This document shows positions 52,601 through 64,000 of a stretch of DNA of 64,000 bases, in pieces. The notes beneath the pieces were generated by a model. The model was not told the DNA's origin, ran no database searches, and saw only the letters and a list, made by a program, of their open reading frames with translations. Every line of letters begins with the position of its first letter. The stretch's first letter is position 1. Made by a program: the position numbers and the translations under genes. The stretch is from Bugula neritina. Taxonomy: Eukaryota > Animalia > Bryozoa. The stretch covers positions 27,048,628 through 27,112,627 of the forward strand of contig OZ037767.1 of NCBI GenBank assembly GCA_964035545.1, written 5' to 3'.

Positions 52601-55600
52601 ATGGGCATGATTGATAACTTACCTCCATGGTAACACTGTGGTGCATACTACGTATAGCTGTGATGGCACTATCCCTCGATGTGTAGGTCACAAACGCACA
52701 ACCTAGATCCAAAACCAACAAAATGCTCAAAAATCAATTATTACTCAACAATTGATACAAACCAAAAAAGAATTAACAATGTTTAATATTGTGTTCTGAG
52801 ATTTTCAAAAGCTTAAAGACTCCTAGGATTGCAATGTGCTAGGCAGAAAGCTTCGACTCAAATGAGATAAGAAGATAAATTACTAGATGATGATTGTTCA
52901 GTCAAGTGCAGAAATTAAATAGAAGCCCTTGGCATTGAATATCTGTCTAGCAAAGATGTCTTAGCAGCTTAAGACATGAACGACTTGAGGTAATGAGTGG
53001 ATATCTGTAGCAAGTTTGTCATTTATAGCTCACAGTTGACTGGGCTTGGCAACTGTCTACCATATTACGTTACATTGCCCAGTTAACTCTCCACTTTACA
53101 CATTTAATTCTCTTAGATTTAATCAAACAAAAAATCTGATTAAATGATTTTAATAGTAATAGATAGATAGATTTAGTTAATCCATCTAATAAAATTTAAT
53201 TTTATGAGCAATGTCAAAAAGAAATTTGAAGAATCAATTAAATGGTAGCCAGAAAACTATGATGAGTGAAATATGATAACCTTTGATGCTAAAACATGAC
53301 AGAACAATCTACGTTTTGAAAATAAGAGCAACAAAAATATTTTTTTTAAATATAAAGAAACTAGTCTTTTTCTAAATATTGCAGCCATCACATCGATTTA
53401 CCAATATTACACTTTCTACTCCATTGTAGTTGAAAGATGAAAAATAAGGGGAAATCCAATTATTGGATAGGAACACAGATACAGCTAAGTGAAAAAGTGT
53501 ATAAAAACAAAAGCTATATATTAAACATATCAAGAGGCGTGACCTCAAGAAATTGATTTAGAATGATTTACAAGCAAATGAAACAATAAATCTTTTTTAG
53601 CTTTTCTGGCACTAAAATAAGAAAAATTGCACAGAGCTACAACTGCACAACTTTGAAAAAGAGATTTAGATTTATTTAAAACAACAAGTAACGCATTAAG
53701 AAAGTCAAGCACTCAATTACAGACACTATTTGAAGTTTTTTTAATGAAATAAAACCCAGACTTGGGCAGGCACTTAGTTACCGACTTAAAAGATAGAAAA
53801 CGCTACATGATTACTTGAGGTGATAAAGGTAATTATTGGTGAATAGAGTTTGCTTAGTTACTAGTCCGGGTGGCAACCGGGACAATAAAGTTTTAGTTGG
53901 AAGTAAATCTCCGTACGTAAAGCTATACCTATACTAATCTAAACACTCATTCTTAGCATAGAGATATGTGCCCATCAGCAATTTGGAGTTCAAGAAACTT
54001 GCACCAATTCAAATCATAAAATGCACAATAGTGACACATTTCCTATACTAACTTGGAACTGAAAAGTAGAAATGAAAACGAAATGAACAATTTATATCAA
54101 GGCCAGGAGGCTCTTTGAAAGAAACTTGGTTTTCCTAACCTTTAAAAGTAAATGTCAAAATTTAGATTCAGTGGCACTAAATTCCTTTGTTAAAAATTTG
54201 AAAGTAAAATAAAACTGTCACATTTAAATAGCTAGTTGGATTGAGTCAGTGGACGTGAATAGCCTGTCTAGACTCGAGAAATTTACTATACTGTCTATCA
54301 CTAGAGCTTTACTATATTGTTCAGCAACACTTACTGGTAATTAATTCCTTAACTACTTAGTGGTATAGGATACAAAGTCAGCGTACCTCTGCTGGTGCCA
54401 GAAGTATCTCGTAATATCATGCAGTCATCAATTGCTCCGTATGGTTGAAACAGCTGCTTGATGTCAGTTTCCGAGAGTTTCTTACTGATCATTCCAATAA
54501 ACAACTTTCTGTCTTCAACTGCAAGAGGCAGATTAGTAAGCTCTGGAGACTGATGCATGCACAAGGTGAAGTCTAGCACGATTGTGAGGAGTAAATGCTG
54601 CTGCGTGCCAAAGCATATGACTGTGTTATGTATATATGCCTGTACTTGAGGTAGGCAATGACATACATGTATATGGGTGTGCATACCTAGTAGCTAGCTG
54701 TCTCATGGCAGGCATTTGAGCAAGTATTTGTCATTATAAGCATTATGGAGGTAATATATTATGTTTAAATATAATACATGGTATTTGTGTCATCTAAGAC
54801 CATTACTGCTAACATTAACTAGATAAGTATGGAGGTAAACTAGCTAGGTAGCATTGTAGTAGGCAGTTGAAGCAACACAACGACCATATTCTCTAGCAAT
54901 ATGCTGTTATCAACATGGCTTCCTCGGATACAATTGTTTTCTGCCTTAATATCATTATATTTAGGTATTTGGTCCCAGTGTATGGACAACTTTAACACTT
55001 GATTATTGGTAATTAAAGAAATTAACTACGAGATGGAAAATAAAACCACATTAGAAAAATACTCACTAAAAAATTTTATTGACAGGCAAGAAGGCTACAG
55101 TTAAATCAGATACCAGCATCAGTTGCAGAAGTTACATGACATCACAGTAACTCTTGATTTTACTAAATGTGAACGCAGCGCTACTAGTGCTACTAGTGCT
55201 ACTAGTACTACTAGTATCAGTACCCAACTGTTAATTCACTGCTGCTGGGGAAGTGATGGAGACTAAAGGTTTGCTAGTAGATATTCTTTTTATTTCCAAT
55301 CTCAATTGTTACTCAGAAATTTAGGTTTAGAGCAGACAATTCCCAATATTACTATCATTTACTAAAACTTACTAAATTAACTGACTACTGCTATTTTCCC
55401 ATACCTCCGTTTTGCTGACCTGCTATTAGTGGAGTCTACCATAGAAATACTTTACCTTTATATTACTGTTAATATTATTTTTAAGATAATTTCTGTCCAA
55501 AAATTGAAAGGGTAAATAGCTTCCAATGCTCATGCTCATCTCATACCCCAAAGTAAAAGACATAGTCAAACTACCTTTTGAGTAGTATTCTAATTATACT

Positions 55601-58600
55601 GGACAAGTGCTGTGAAACTATCAGTAAAATGGCTGCTATTAGTAAGATGGAGAAGAGTATACTTATATACTGATACACACCATTTTTCTTTTCATTATCA
55701 GCAGGTTTCATCTGTATTGGATGATGCATCTAAAACAAGATTCAAGAGGAGTCAGGAAAATTATTTCAACTATATATAACTTTCTATAACTACAGCTTGA
55801 GTAACCATTGCTGCTCTGACAATGCCCTACTCTACAAAACACCACTCTAGTTATTTGACTTATTTGGTATATTTTATATGGTAAGCCCTGTAGAAACATT
55901 TTAACTGAACTGTAGTAACTGTTGGTGATTTCAACTTTTAGTACTTGAACTGTAACTGTCACCAGTCCTAGTCTTTTAGCAGTCACTATTACTGTCAAAT
56001 GACTAGTAGCTCACTAGTAGCTGATATTTTACCACATACCAACTTAATATCCCAGTACTGACATGTTACTGCACCAATATGACAAATAACTAGGTAAATG
56101 GTCTTTGAATTGATATCTAAATTATGGTAACCCAAATGATTTGCATCATTGATCTTGCATGCTAAAAATTTCCAATTTTTCAAATCTACACCAAATTTCA
56201 TATAATTATAGATGATACCTTGTCAAGAACCGAGTGAATAAAGTCAATTATTTTCAAGCCTAATCATTATCACTGGAACTTGTTTTCAACTTTTATATCA
56301 AAAAGATGTTATACAGTTTGAATTGAGATGAAAGTGAAATATTTAAAAAGTTATTTAGCACAAAGACTTTACCAAGTTGCCTATGAAAAAGATATAATAT
56401 ATACAGGATGTCAACCATCAGTTACTGGCCACTGGTCAATTTGTCCTGTAGTGAAGGTATAATAAAATAAATTACGCAACTGGTTGAAGCATCCTAACAA
56501 AGGAGATGATTACAGTATTCAAGTGAAGGTGCAATTAGCCAATTATGAAGAAACTAGATAGCAGCCATTTATCTACTAACAAATTAAATCTTGGAAGAAA
56601 TTTAAGAAAGCCTAGCACTAGGTATCTATTCTTCAGCTACACCCAGCATCTACTTAAACCCTCTTCAACAGTCAGTCTATACCAAAGAGTTGGCAGGTAT
56701 ACAAAATAATTTCTGCGGCAAAATTGAATTTTTCAAGAGAAAAATAACAATTTTTGAAACAGTGTTGAAAAATTAAATACCTACAGTTCCTAATGTGTGC
56801 TTTCCGTGAAGTGCATCTTGGGCCATAATAGCAGACTTTCTAGTGTAAAACGTCACAAAGCAGCAACCTAAAACATAATATATAATACAATAGCTATTAT
56901 TTATAGCACAACAATAAAGCTTAATATTAAAGCTTTGGAGTAGGTGGAAAATTAGCATCATAGCATCTCTCCTGACTAGATTCTGAACTACTAAAATGGC
57001 AGCCGATAGCAGGCACCCGTAGAGACGGCCTGAGAGCAACTGATAGCTGGTGACAGGTGAGGCAGGTGATCTAGAATGTTCTCTTTGGGAGAGGATGTTT
57101 GCTAATGTTGCATCTTACCACCAGATTAAGTGTGATTCATGGAGAGACATGACGCCAGCCACCAACCAGACCCACCCACCCTAAGCACCGAGTCTAATTA
57201 ATTTGCTGATTATACTAACTGCAGTTGAAGATTTCATGCAAAGTAATAAATATGATAATAAGTTAATTTGTTAACAAGGCAGAAATATTCCACATGGTGG
57301 TGCAGGGCAGGTTTAGTGAGGTAGAAAGAGAGGCATAGGCATGATCAACTATAATCCATAATCCAAGACAGTCTATTATATCACTCTGCACCTATAAGCA
57401 ACATTTCACTTCAGGTGACACTTGGGACACTTAAACACAAAAGAGCAATTGAATGTTAGTTGAAGTGAATGAATATGACCATAGCTAATGTATGGTCATC
57501 AAAGAATGGTGGCTGTTGGCCATTGAGACAAGCATAAGTTGCAGATTCAAACAATTTATAGTTTGACGGAAAAAATTCCAAGAACTAGTCTCAAAGCAAG
57601 ATTTTCAGAGCTAATCCCAACAGAAATACAAAGGCGGTGTGTATTTTCACCAGCTGTGGCCGGGAGCATTTAGCTGAGAAGGTAACCTTTCCAGGGGCAG
57701 AAGGATTAACGAATGAAATAGCAGAGGCACATCTGGCACCATCGCTAAGTGCTTGCCACTGGCTGCATGTATCTCTCAGGTGGTGGTATAGTCAACACTA
57801 GACACCAGCTGGTGCCCAGACACTGTGGCTGTTGCTTCTAGGATTACCTCAATATTGTACCATCATATAATAGTTATGACTGAGCAATGCAAAGTTACAG
57901 CCAACTTTTCAAAAAAATTAAGAAATAAGTTTTCTTCATAAAGATAACCATGAAAAGGAGAAAAACATGGCGAGCCCCCTTTGACATGAATGTGTGTAGA
58001 AAAAGGGCCACACAGTCAAGAAACTCTGCTGTAGTCCACGCTTGTGTGCAGAAGTTGGCTTTTTTCAGATTAAATCAACGCTTTCTTTCAAGGGCAGATA
58101 ATTTCCAACTATATATTTTTTCATTATTCTGCTGATTTGAAAGCTAGATTCTCGTTCATATCAGCTTGTGTAACTAGCTTACTCCATTATTGGGAGTTAG
58201 AAAAAGTAAAACAGGTAAAAATTCCAGGTAAACAACGTTTCATTTGTTTGAGGGAATCAGTGGAAAACCAGACATATATACAACTACTGAATTATTTCAC
58301 TGCACAATTCACACAGCCTCATGAAAATTGCATTTGTCACAATAACCTAGACAGTACAATGGGTATTTGGAAAGAGAATAATGCCTCCATTATAGCTAAT
58401 ATACCTAATCTTAGATCCACTTATTACACTGAAGAGACTTGAAGAGGCACGGAGAGGTTCAACAAGGTATGAGAGAATCCGTAAAGTATCCATCCATGAA
58501 TACTGGATGCAGTGCCAAATCAAATGGCTCAACAATACAAACAAAGTTTCAATAAAGATTTACTTGAAAGAACTTCAAAAATATTTAATTTTCCAAGCAG

Positions 58601-61600
58601 TCTGGATTAGACAATTTTAATCCGTAGATTATTTCAACCTAACTAGTTTAGTGCTTCAAGTTTTCTAAAAAGACTATTTCTTGTAAACCCAAAAATGTTA
58701 AACTTTAAAAAGTTCCATTCAAAATGAATATGTATGATTGGAGGTTGTTGCTAAAGCAGAGACAGGAATGCTGCGAACATTTTGTCTTAAAATAAGGGAT
58801 GGTGGTTAGGTAGCTTTACTATCTTGAGTTGATAACTAATTATAGTTGACAGCATTGCCAGCAGCAACCATGTACAGACAAACAAACAGACAGACAGACT
58901 TACCTTGGAAGACTGTGAAACTGCTGCACAGATATAAATAAGAATCCTACAAGTTTGCAGCTTGTCAGACCAGATTCCTGAGGCACAGAATGAAGTAAAA
59001 GATGACTTCTCTACTAAATGGTGATCAGAACAAAACAGGAAGCAGATGGTGAAATCAACACGACTAGCAATCCAGTGTGATTACATGTTGGTGATTATCA
59101 ACAACATTAATCAACTTAATCCCAACTTGTGTTTATAAACTCCAACCCTATTTAAACGTTGCAGAAAGACGGTCTATTAACTACTCCGTTTTCATACTGA
59201 AGACTGAATGCTAATGTTCACATAAATTACATTTGCGTGTCTGTAACCCTACATAGAATGCACAGCTAGTAACCAATCTACCGTGACCGTAGATGCAGGA
59301 GAGAATGTTACCACTTACCAATAGGTTTACAATTACCTTTTACAATTAAATACAATTGCCGGTGCAAGTTGGTAGTTTCAGTCAAGCTTTAAGGTGCCAA
59401 TTATCTAATGCTAAAATTTAAATTGATTCTTTCCAACCAATCAACACCTAAAGTTACTGTTTATGATCTCGCAGGTGAGCTTATTAATGAACCCTACAGG
59501 TAGTGTGTGAACAGTGGAAGGTGATGATACAATCATACAATTGTAAAACAATATTGCTAAATAATCTTCAATTAAAACGGAATACAAGTTAGCCCTTTAA
59601 GGAACAGAAAAAAGGTCTGAAAAACCTGGGTTTTGGTGGGAAAGTACAACAGGAGAAGTTGTTGGCTCCTGAATGAAATCTATCATCTTAAATTCATATT
59701 GGGAAAAATGATTTAAAAATAAAAGACAAGATTTCAGGCAAAGACTATAAAATTGTAAAAACATGCTTGTGAACTGCTAGGCTAAAAGCCGAGTAACATA
59801 AAACTGTTAGTATAGCTTTTAGACGCTAGCTTTGCGAATGAAGATAAAAACACGGATGAGAACTTTGGCACGTGAGCAACACACTTAAACACAGATAAGA
59901 TATAAACTAACAAAGCAAACAAACGTAAAGTAAATAAGTAGAAAACGTACATACCGACTGTAGAACCCGAGAGAAGATTACCAACCAACTTGGGCTCAGT
60001 TTGAGTGTTAGTAGGAATCTGTTGGTTACTCACCAAGCGCAAACATCAACACCAGCCTGCTGCTGCTGGTAGGAGGGTTGAAATGATGGTGGTAACAACT
60101 TACAACAAAGAGAGCGTACGCTGGGGAGGGATGCTAGAGCTGTAGTACAATGAAACTACAAGCTAGGTCTGAGTACAGCTACAGTGGGGAAGGCTGTAAT
60201 ATTGCAGGTGTTGCCCGTCTTGAATGTGAAAATATTGTGAAAAGAGATTGTCAAAGCTGAAGGAGGGAGTTGACACAATGCGATGCCATAACATATTGTA
60301 ATATAAAAGAAAGAGTGGACTGACTACATTACTGTTACTATGCTTTGGCATATGAACGCTTTCAGTGCTTGTACACCCTCTCCACTGCTCACTGCAATGT
60401 AACTGTTTACTTGTAGTTCTGTTTTTATTTGGTGGCAGGTACAAGAGCAATGTAAATAAGACTTGGAACTGTTTGAGCAAAAAGACCAAACAACAAGAGA
60501 AGACAATGCCCACAAGTAATGTGGCAATAACATAAATGGGCGGCCTAAAATCTTGAATATACTATTGTAGTGGCTAAAACTCAGCTCCAATAAGGAAATT
60601 CAACAGACTTCTCATTTAGCAGGGAAGCAAACATTTTCCACAGTAGTTTTAACACCTAAATATTCTAAAATTGATTGTGACCAGATATTTGGCAGAGTGG
60701 TGTTGTTTACCTGGAGCAATTCTCTTATTCAATTCACAGTATGCAGAATACAATTGCGTGATGTAATGTTTGCAAAACAAAAACACCTTCTAGCACCCAG
60801 TGAAACCTAATAATATAATAAATGTCAAAGAGACAATGCAGCTTACAAAGTCTTCATTTCACCTAGAGATGTGAAATCATTGAGCTGGCCTTAGTACACA
60901 GTGTAGATTCTGAAGACATGCTTATTAAACAGCCTACTTTACTCACAATGAGAATCTCCACATTTATATTCTATGAAGTCTTGGCTCTTGTTGTGGCCGT
61001 CATATTGTACTTAACTAAAACTTCTGTAATCAGCCAGAGATCTGCCTTTTCTTAAAAAATAGCCTAAAGAATAATACTGGCACCGACATGCAGTTTCCAG
61101 CAGTATTCTCAGTTTTAACATATGCTCCAGAGTTGTCTGTCCTTGAAAGAAACTTCAAACCACCCAAAGATAGAAAGAATAGAAAGCAATAAAAGGCGAG
61201 TATAGACCTGATGAAATGAGTTGAGCTTAAGAGAGGGGGGGGGGAGGTGCTACAGCCACTCTATAGAAACTGTTGACTCATCATGAGATCTTTGCTAAAT
61301 TTCAATATTGACAGCGTATCTGGCAGCACGCCATCAAACAGTCTCAAATAAGAATTATCCACATTTAAAAAAAATCACTTGTCACATCACAAACAGCCCT
61401 CCTTTGCAGCGAAACCTGCCCGCATAACCAACAAACATGTTGAAATAAAACGGTCAATAAGCAATGTTTTGACTTGCCTGCATAAATACTTGTAAAACTA
61501 TTTGTTACCTCGATGAGTTCCGGAAACTTTATCTCTCAGAACGTTTAGCTGAAATATGTCGCCATATTTAGAGAACATTTCCCTTAACTCAGACTCTTCC

Positions 61601-63000
61601 ATATATTTTGGCACCTGGTAGAAATTACACATATCAAATTTTTCTCTAAGCAGCTATCATTAGCAATTGCAGCAAACCTTGATGACACTAAATAGAAACA
61701 AAAAGGTCTAGGTAATAATAACTACAGGATTTAATTAGTACTCTAAAAATCATTTTAAACAAGCATGAAGCTTCTAGTGCACTTTTATGTCACCCAAACT
61801 CATTATTTTAATCCGAATATATTTAACCACCAAAACTTTAATAAAAAAACTCTCATTTGTTTATAGTATCTATTCTTGATGGCAAGGACTTTTAAGCGAG
61901 ATATAAACTAATGGGTTAAATAGTTGTTTTTTTATTTTTAATAGTAACTTTAGATTTCATATTTGGAGTTACCTGTCCTACAAACATTTTGATGGCATCT
62001 GGGTCAGGTTCTCTCTTGCCTATAGAATCGTCTGAGATAGCATTTGGACTAGGGGAGGAGGTTGGACCGTCCCCCATGATTGACGGGTCAACTGAGGTGA
62101 TATCCATTTGCTAAAGTGTAGTCATGAAAAAAAAACTACAGTGACATGCGTGATATAGGAATACAAGACAGAAAATTCATTTTCTGTGACAAAATATTTA
62201 CCCTAAAACTATTCACCCTACGGTATTGTCTAGTACCACATGGTTTGAAAACGTGGGCCTCCACCTACTTTCAAAAAGGTGTAGAGTTGTCTACCCCCTG
62301 AGTTAACTAACTGCAAACTGTCCTAACAACGTCTGTTGTTCTCCCAGTGCAGGATAAATGTTGAAAGTTGAACCTGAGCAGCAGGAAGCTGCTTGCCCCA
62401 GCATGGTAAGTTTATACTTTGAGAAAAGGAGCGCAGGGAGGGGTTACATTTAAATGTCAAACGATTGTGGTGAGAAATGTCAACCATTCAACATGAGAGC
62501 AAGATAAAACTTCTAAACGGTATCAAATTGCTGCTTTCCTAAATTAGGAGACCTAATTTTGTCACATGATACATGAACACGTCAGCTCAACATCCTTGCG
62601 ATTGCATTATAACATGTCAAAGTCTGAGCCAAAAAATAAACCACATTTAGATTTTTAGAATTCTACTTCTCCAATATTGTTTTTATTTCAGACTTTAAGT
62701 TTTCCATCAATTTCTAGATTTAAGTAATTAGTGAGTCATACAAGTTGCTTCTATTCTACTAGATTTTACAAGCTAGTGGAATAGAGATCTTCAGTATGAT
62801 TAGGCTAAAAATGAGACTGTGGAATCAATGAGTTCTATACTGAACTTTCCAGGCACTATTGCAGGTTGAGCCTTCCTTACCTTGATAGTATTGTTATTAA
62901 GTGGCTGCAGTCCATCTGAAGGGATTGCATTAGTCTGTGACAGAGACATCATGGGTGATGTCACCTTCTGGGCGGGAGATATTGAATGCATTGTCATCAT
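46632..63000 (-). CDS. CELF2: CUGBP Elav-like family RNA-binding protein, CELF1/2 (Bruno) subfamily, ~571 aa
   Basis: Phase-consistent exons (minus): 63000-62881, 62110-61973, 61614-61509, 56867-56785, 55729-55681, 54518-54387, 52702-52623, 52053-51901, 50730-50679, 50388-50338, 49982-49863, 48421-48131, 47412-47200, 47061-46935, 46632. RRM1 [14 protein letters not shown]...[11 protein letters not shown]...[11 protein letters not shown]; RRM2 [13 protein letters not shown]...[17 protein letters not shown]; RRM3 [17 protein letters not shown]...[16 protein letters not shown]...[13 protein letters not shown]1 and CELF2 cannot be distinguished (likely co-ortholog). Confidence 0.95.
58904..58977 (-). 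other. Candidate 74-nt frameshifting (poison) cassette exon in a CELF intron
   Basis: Acceptor TCTTTTACTTCATTCTGTGCCTCAG, donor AAG|GTAAGT, followed directly by CTGTCTGTCTGTTTGTTTGTCTGT. Confidence 0.55.
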
Positions 63001-64000
63001 TCTTAACTTGACTTGCTTCTTTTTATTGCTTTAGTCAGCGATGCCCTGTCAACATAAAGTAAATCTTTGAAATAAACAGTAAACATGGTGCTCTTTCTCT
63101 TCTAGGTAATATAATGCTCATTTTTAAAGTGAATTCTAAATAGTATAATAAACATTTTTATACAGGGATTTGCTTGAAATGGCAATGTAGTTTGGAGTTG
63201 CATGCCCAGCAATTGTTTTCATAACATTCAAGAACCAATACAGCAAATTATAAACTAAAAAAGAATTGTCTGAAACTGGAATGAAGTAGCGTTTCAGCCA
63301 AACAAATCAAGCAAAAAGTAATGAATACCTAAAAATAACTCCAAACAGTTTAACTGTCACATTATTGAGTTATAGTAAATAGCTTAGTGCTAACTTTACA
63401 TCAGCTGGTCAGTAGAGCTACACAAGCTCTTCCTTAGTCTAACAGTTAAATGACAATCAACCTTGCGGAACTTCCACCCACGTGCATATTCTACTAGACT
63501 GGGTGATTTCTCCACTACATCTCTCTACATGACGAACTTTAATATGCAAATGAGACTCTACCTACTACATCAAACTATTTCTGGCAGTTGAGTTGATCAA
63601 ATGTGTGCATCTAATATAGGAGCTTCTATAATAAACGTTCTAAGACCAGCATTTTTGCTGCTTATTTTTTTACTTCAGTTTTCACAGTGAAGTAAAAATT
63701 GACTGATCAACACCAGAAAATGCTTGTGATTGTATTTTCTATACACCAGGTTACATTGCATAAGAAACAATAACTAACGTGTAATTAATAACTTGAAATA
63801 TCTTATTTGCAATGAATTTAAAAAGTAAAAAAAACCGTTCTCTGATCTCCAAAGAAAGTAAATAAGATTGAAAACTTGAGAAGCAAATCACAGAAGCTGG
63901 CTAATTGAGGATCTCAAACTAGTGCAGCATTACTTGCGGGCAATAGCAGCACATGTAGGCATACAGATAATATGACTATATTATTATTATTATATTACAA

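Noticed and set aside
53865-53900. Helitron-like 3' end (CCGG hairpin followed by CTAGT on the minus strand)
   Set aside because: Stem is only 4-5 bp and no 5' end or second copy is identifiable.
57950-60590. Short ORFs in the long CELF intron as a nested gene
   Set aside because: No domain motifs and no consistent exon chain.

Overview
AT-rich, intron-rich eukaryotic DNA that looks like an invertebrate metazoan; the taxon is not determinable from this window. No CRISPR array, rRNA or tRNA was recognised. Gene models were spliced by hand using GT-AG sites and phase consistency. Contents in order: (1) a minus-strand gene mixing ARM/HEAT-like helices with an extended Tudor domain, running off the left edge; (2) head-to-head with it, a complete 10-coding-exon importin-alpha of the KPNA2/pendulin type, with cryptic 6-bp-periodic DNA and a candidate solo LTR between the two; (3) a 15-exon, ~1006-aa plus-strand gene with a long disordered N-terminus (DSGYS degron-like motif, TPSP repeats) and a C-terminal non-secreted trypsin-fold peptidase whose Ser motif appears only after splicing; (4) three minus-strand rhodopsin-class GPCR paralogs with intronless CDSs; (5) a ~9.6-kb tandem duplication that copied one GPCR plus the last coding exon and 3'UTR of (6) a complete CELF1/2 (Bruno-like) gene, which also has a candidate autoregulatory poison exon. 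Best leads: the prodomain/degron-type intracellular protease, the CELF poison exon and duplicated 3' end, the mosaic GPCRs, and the periodic promoter-flanking DNA.
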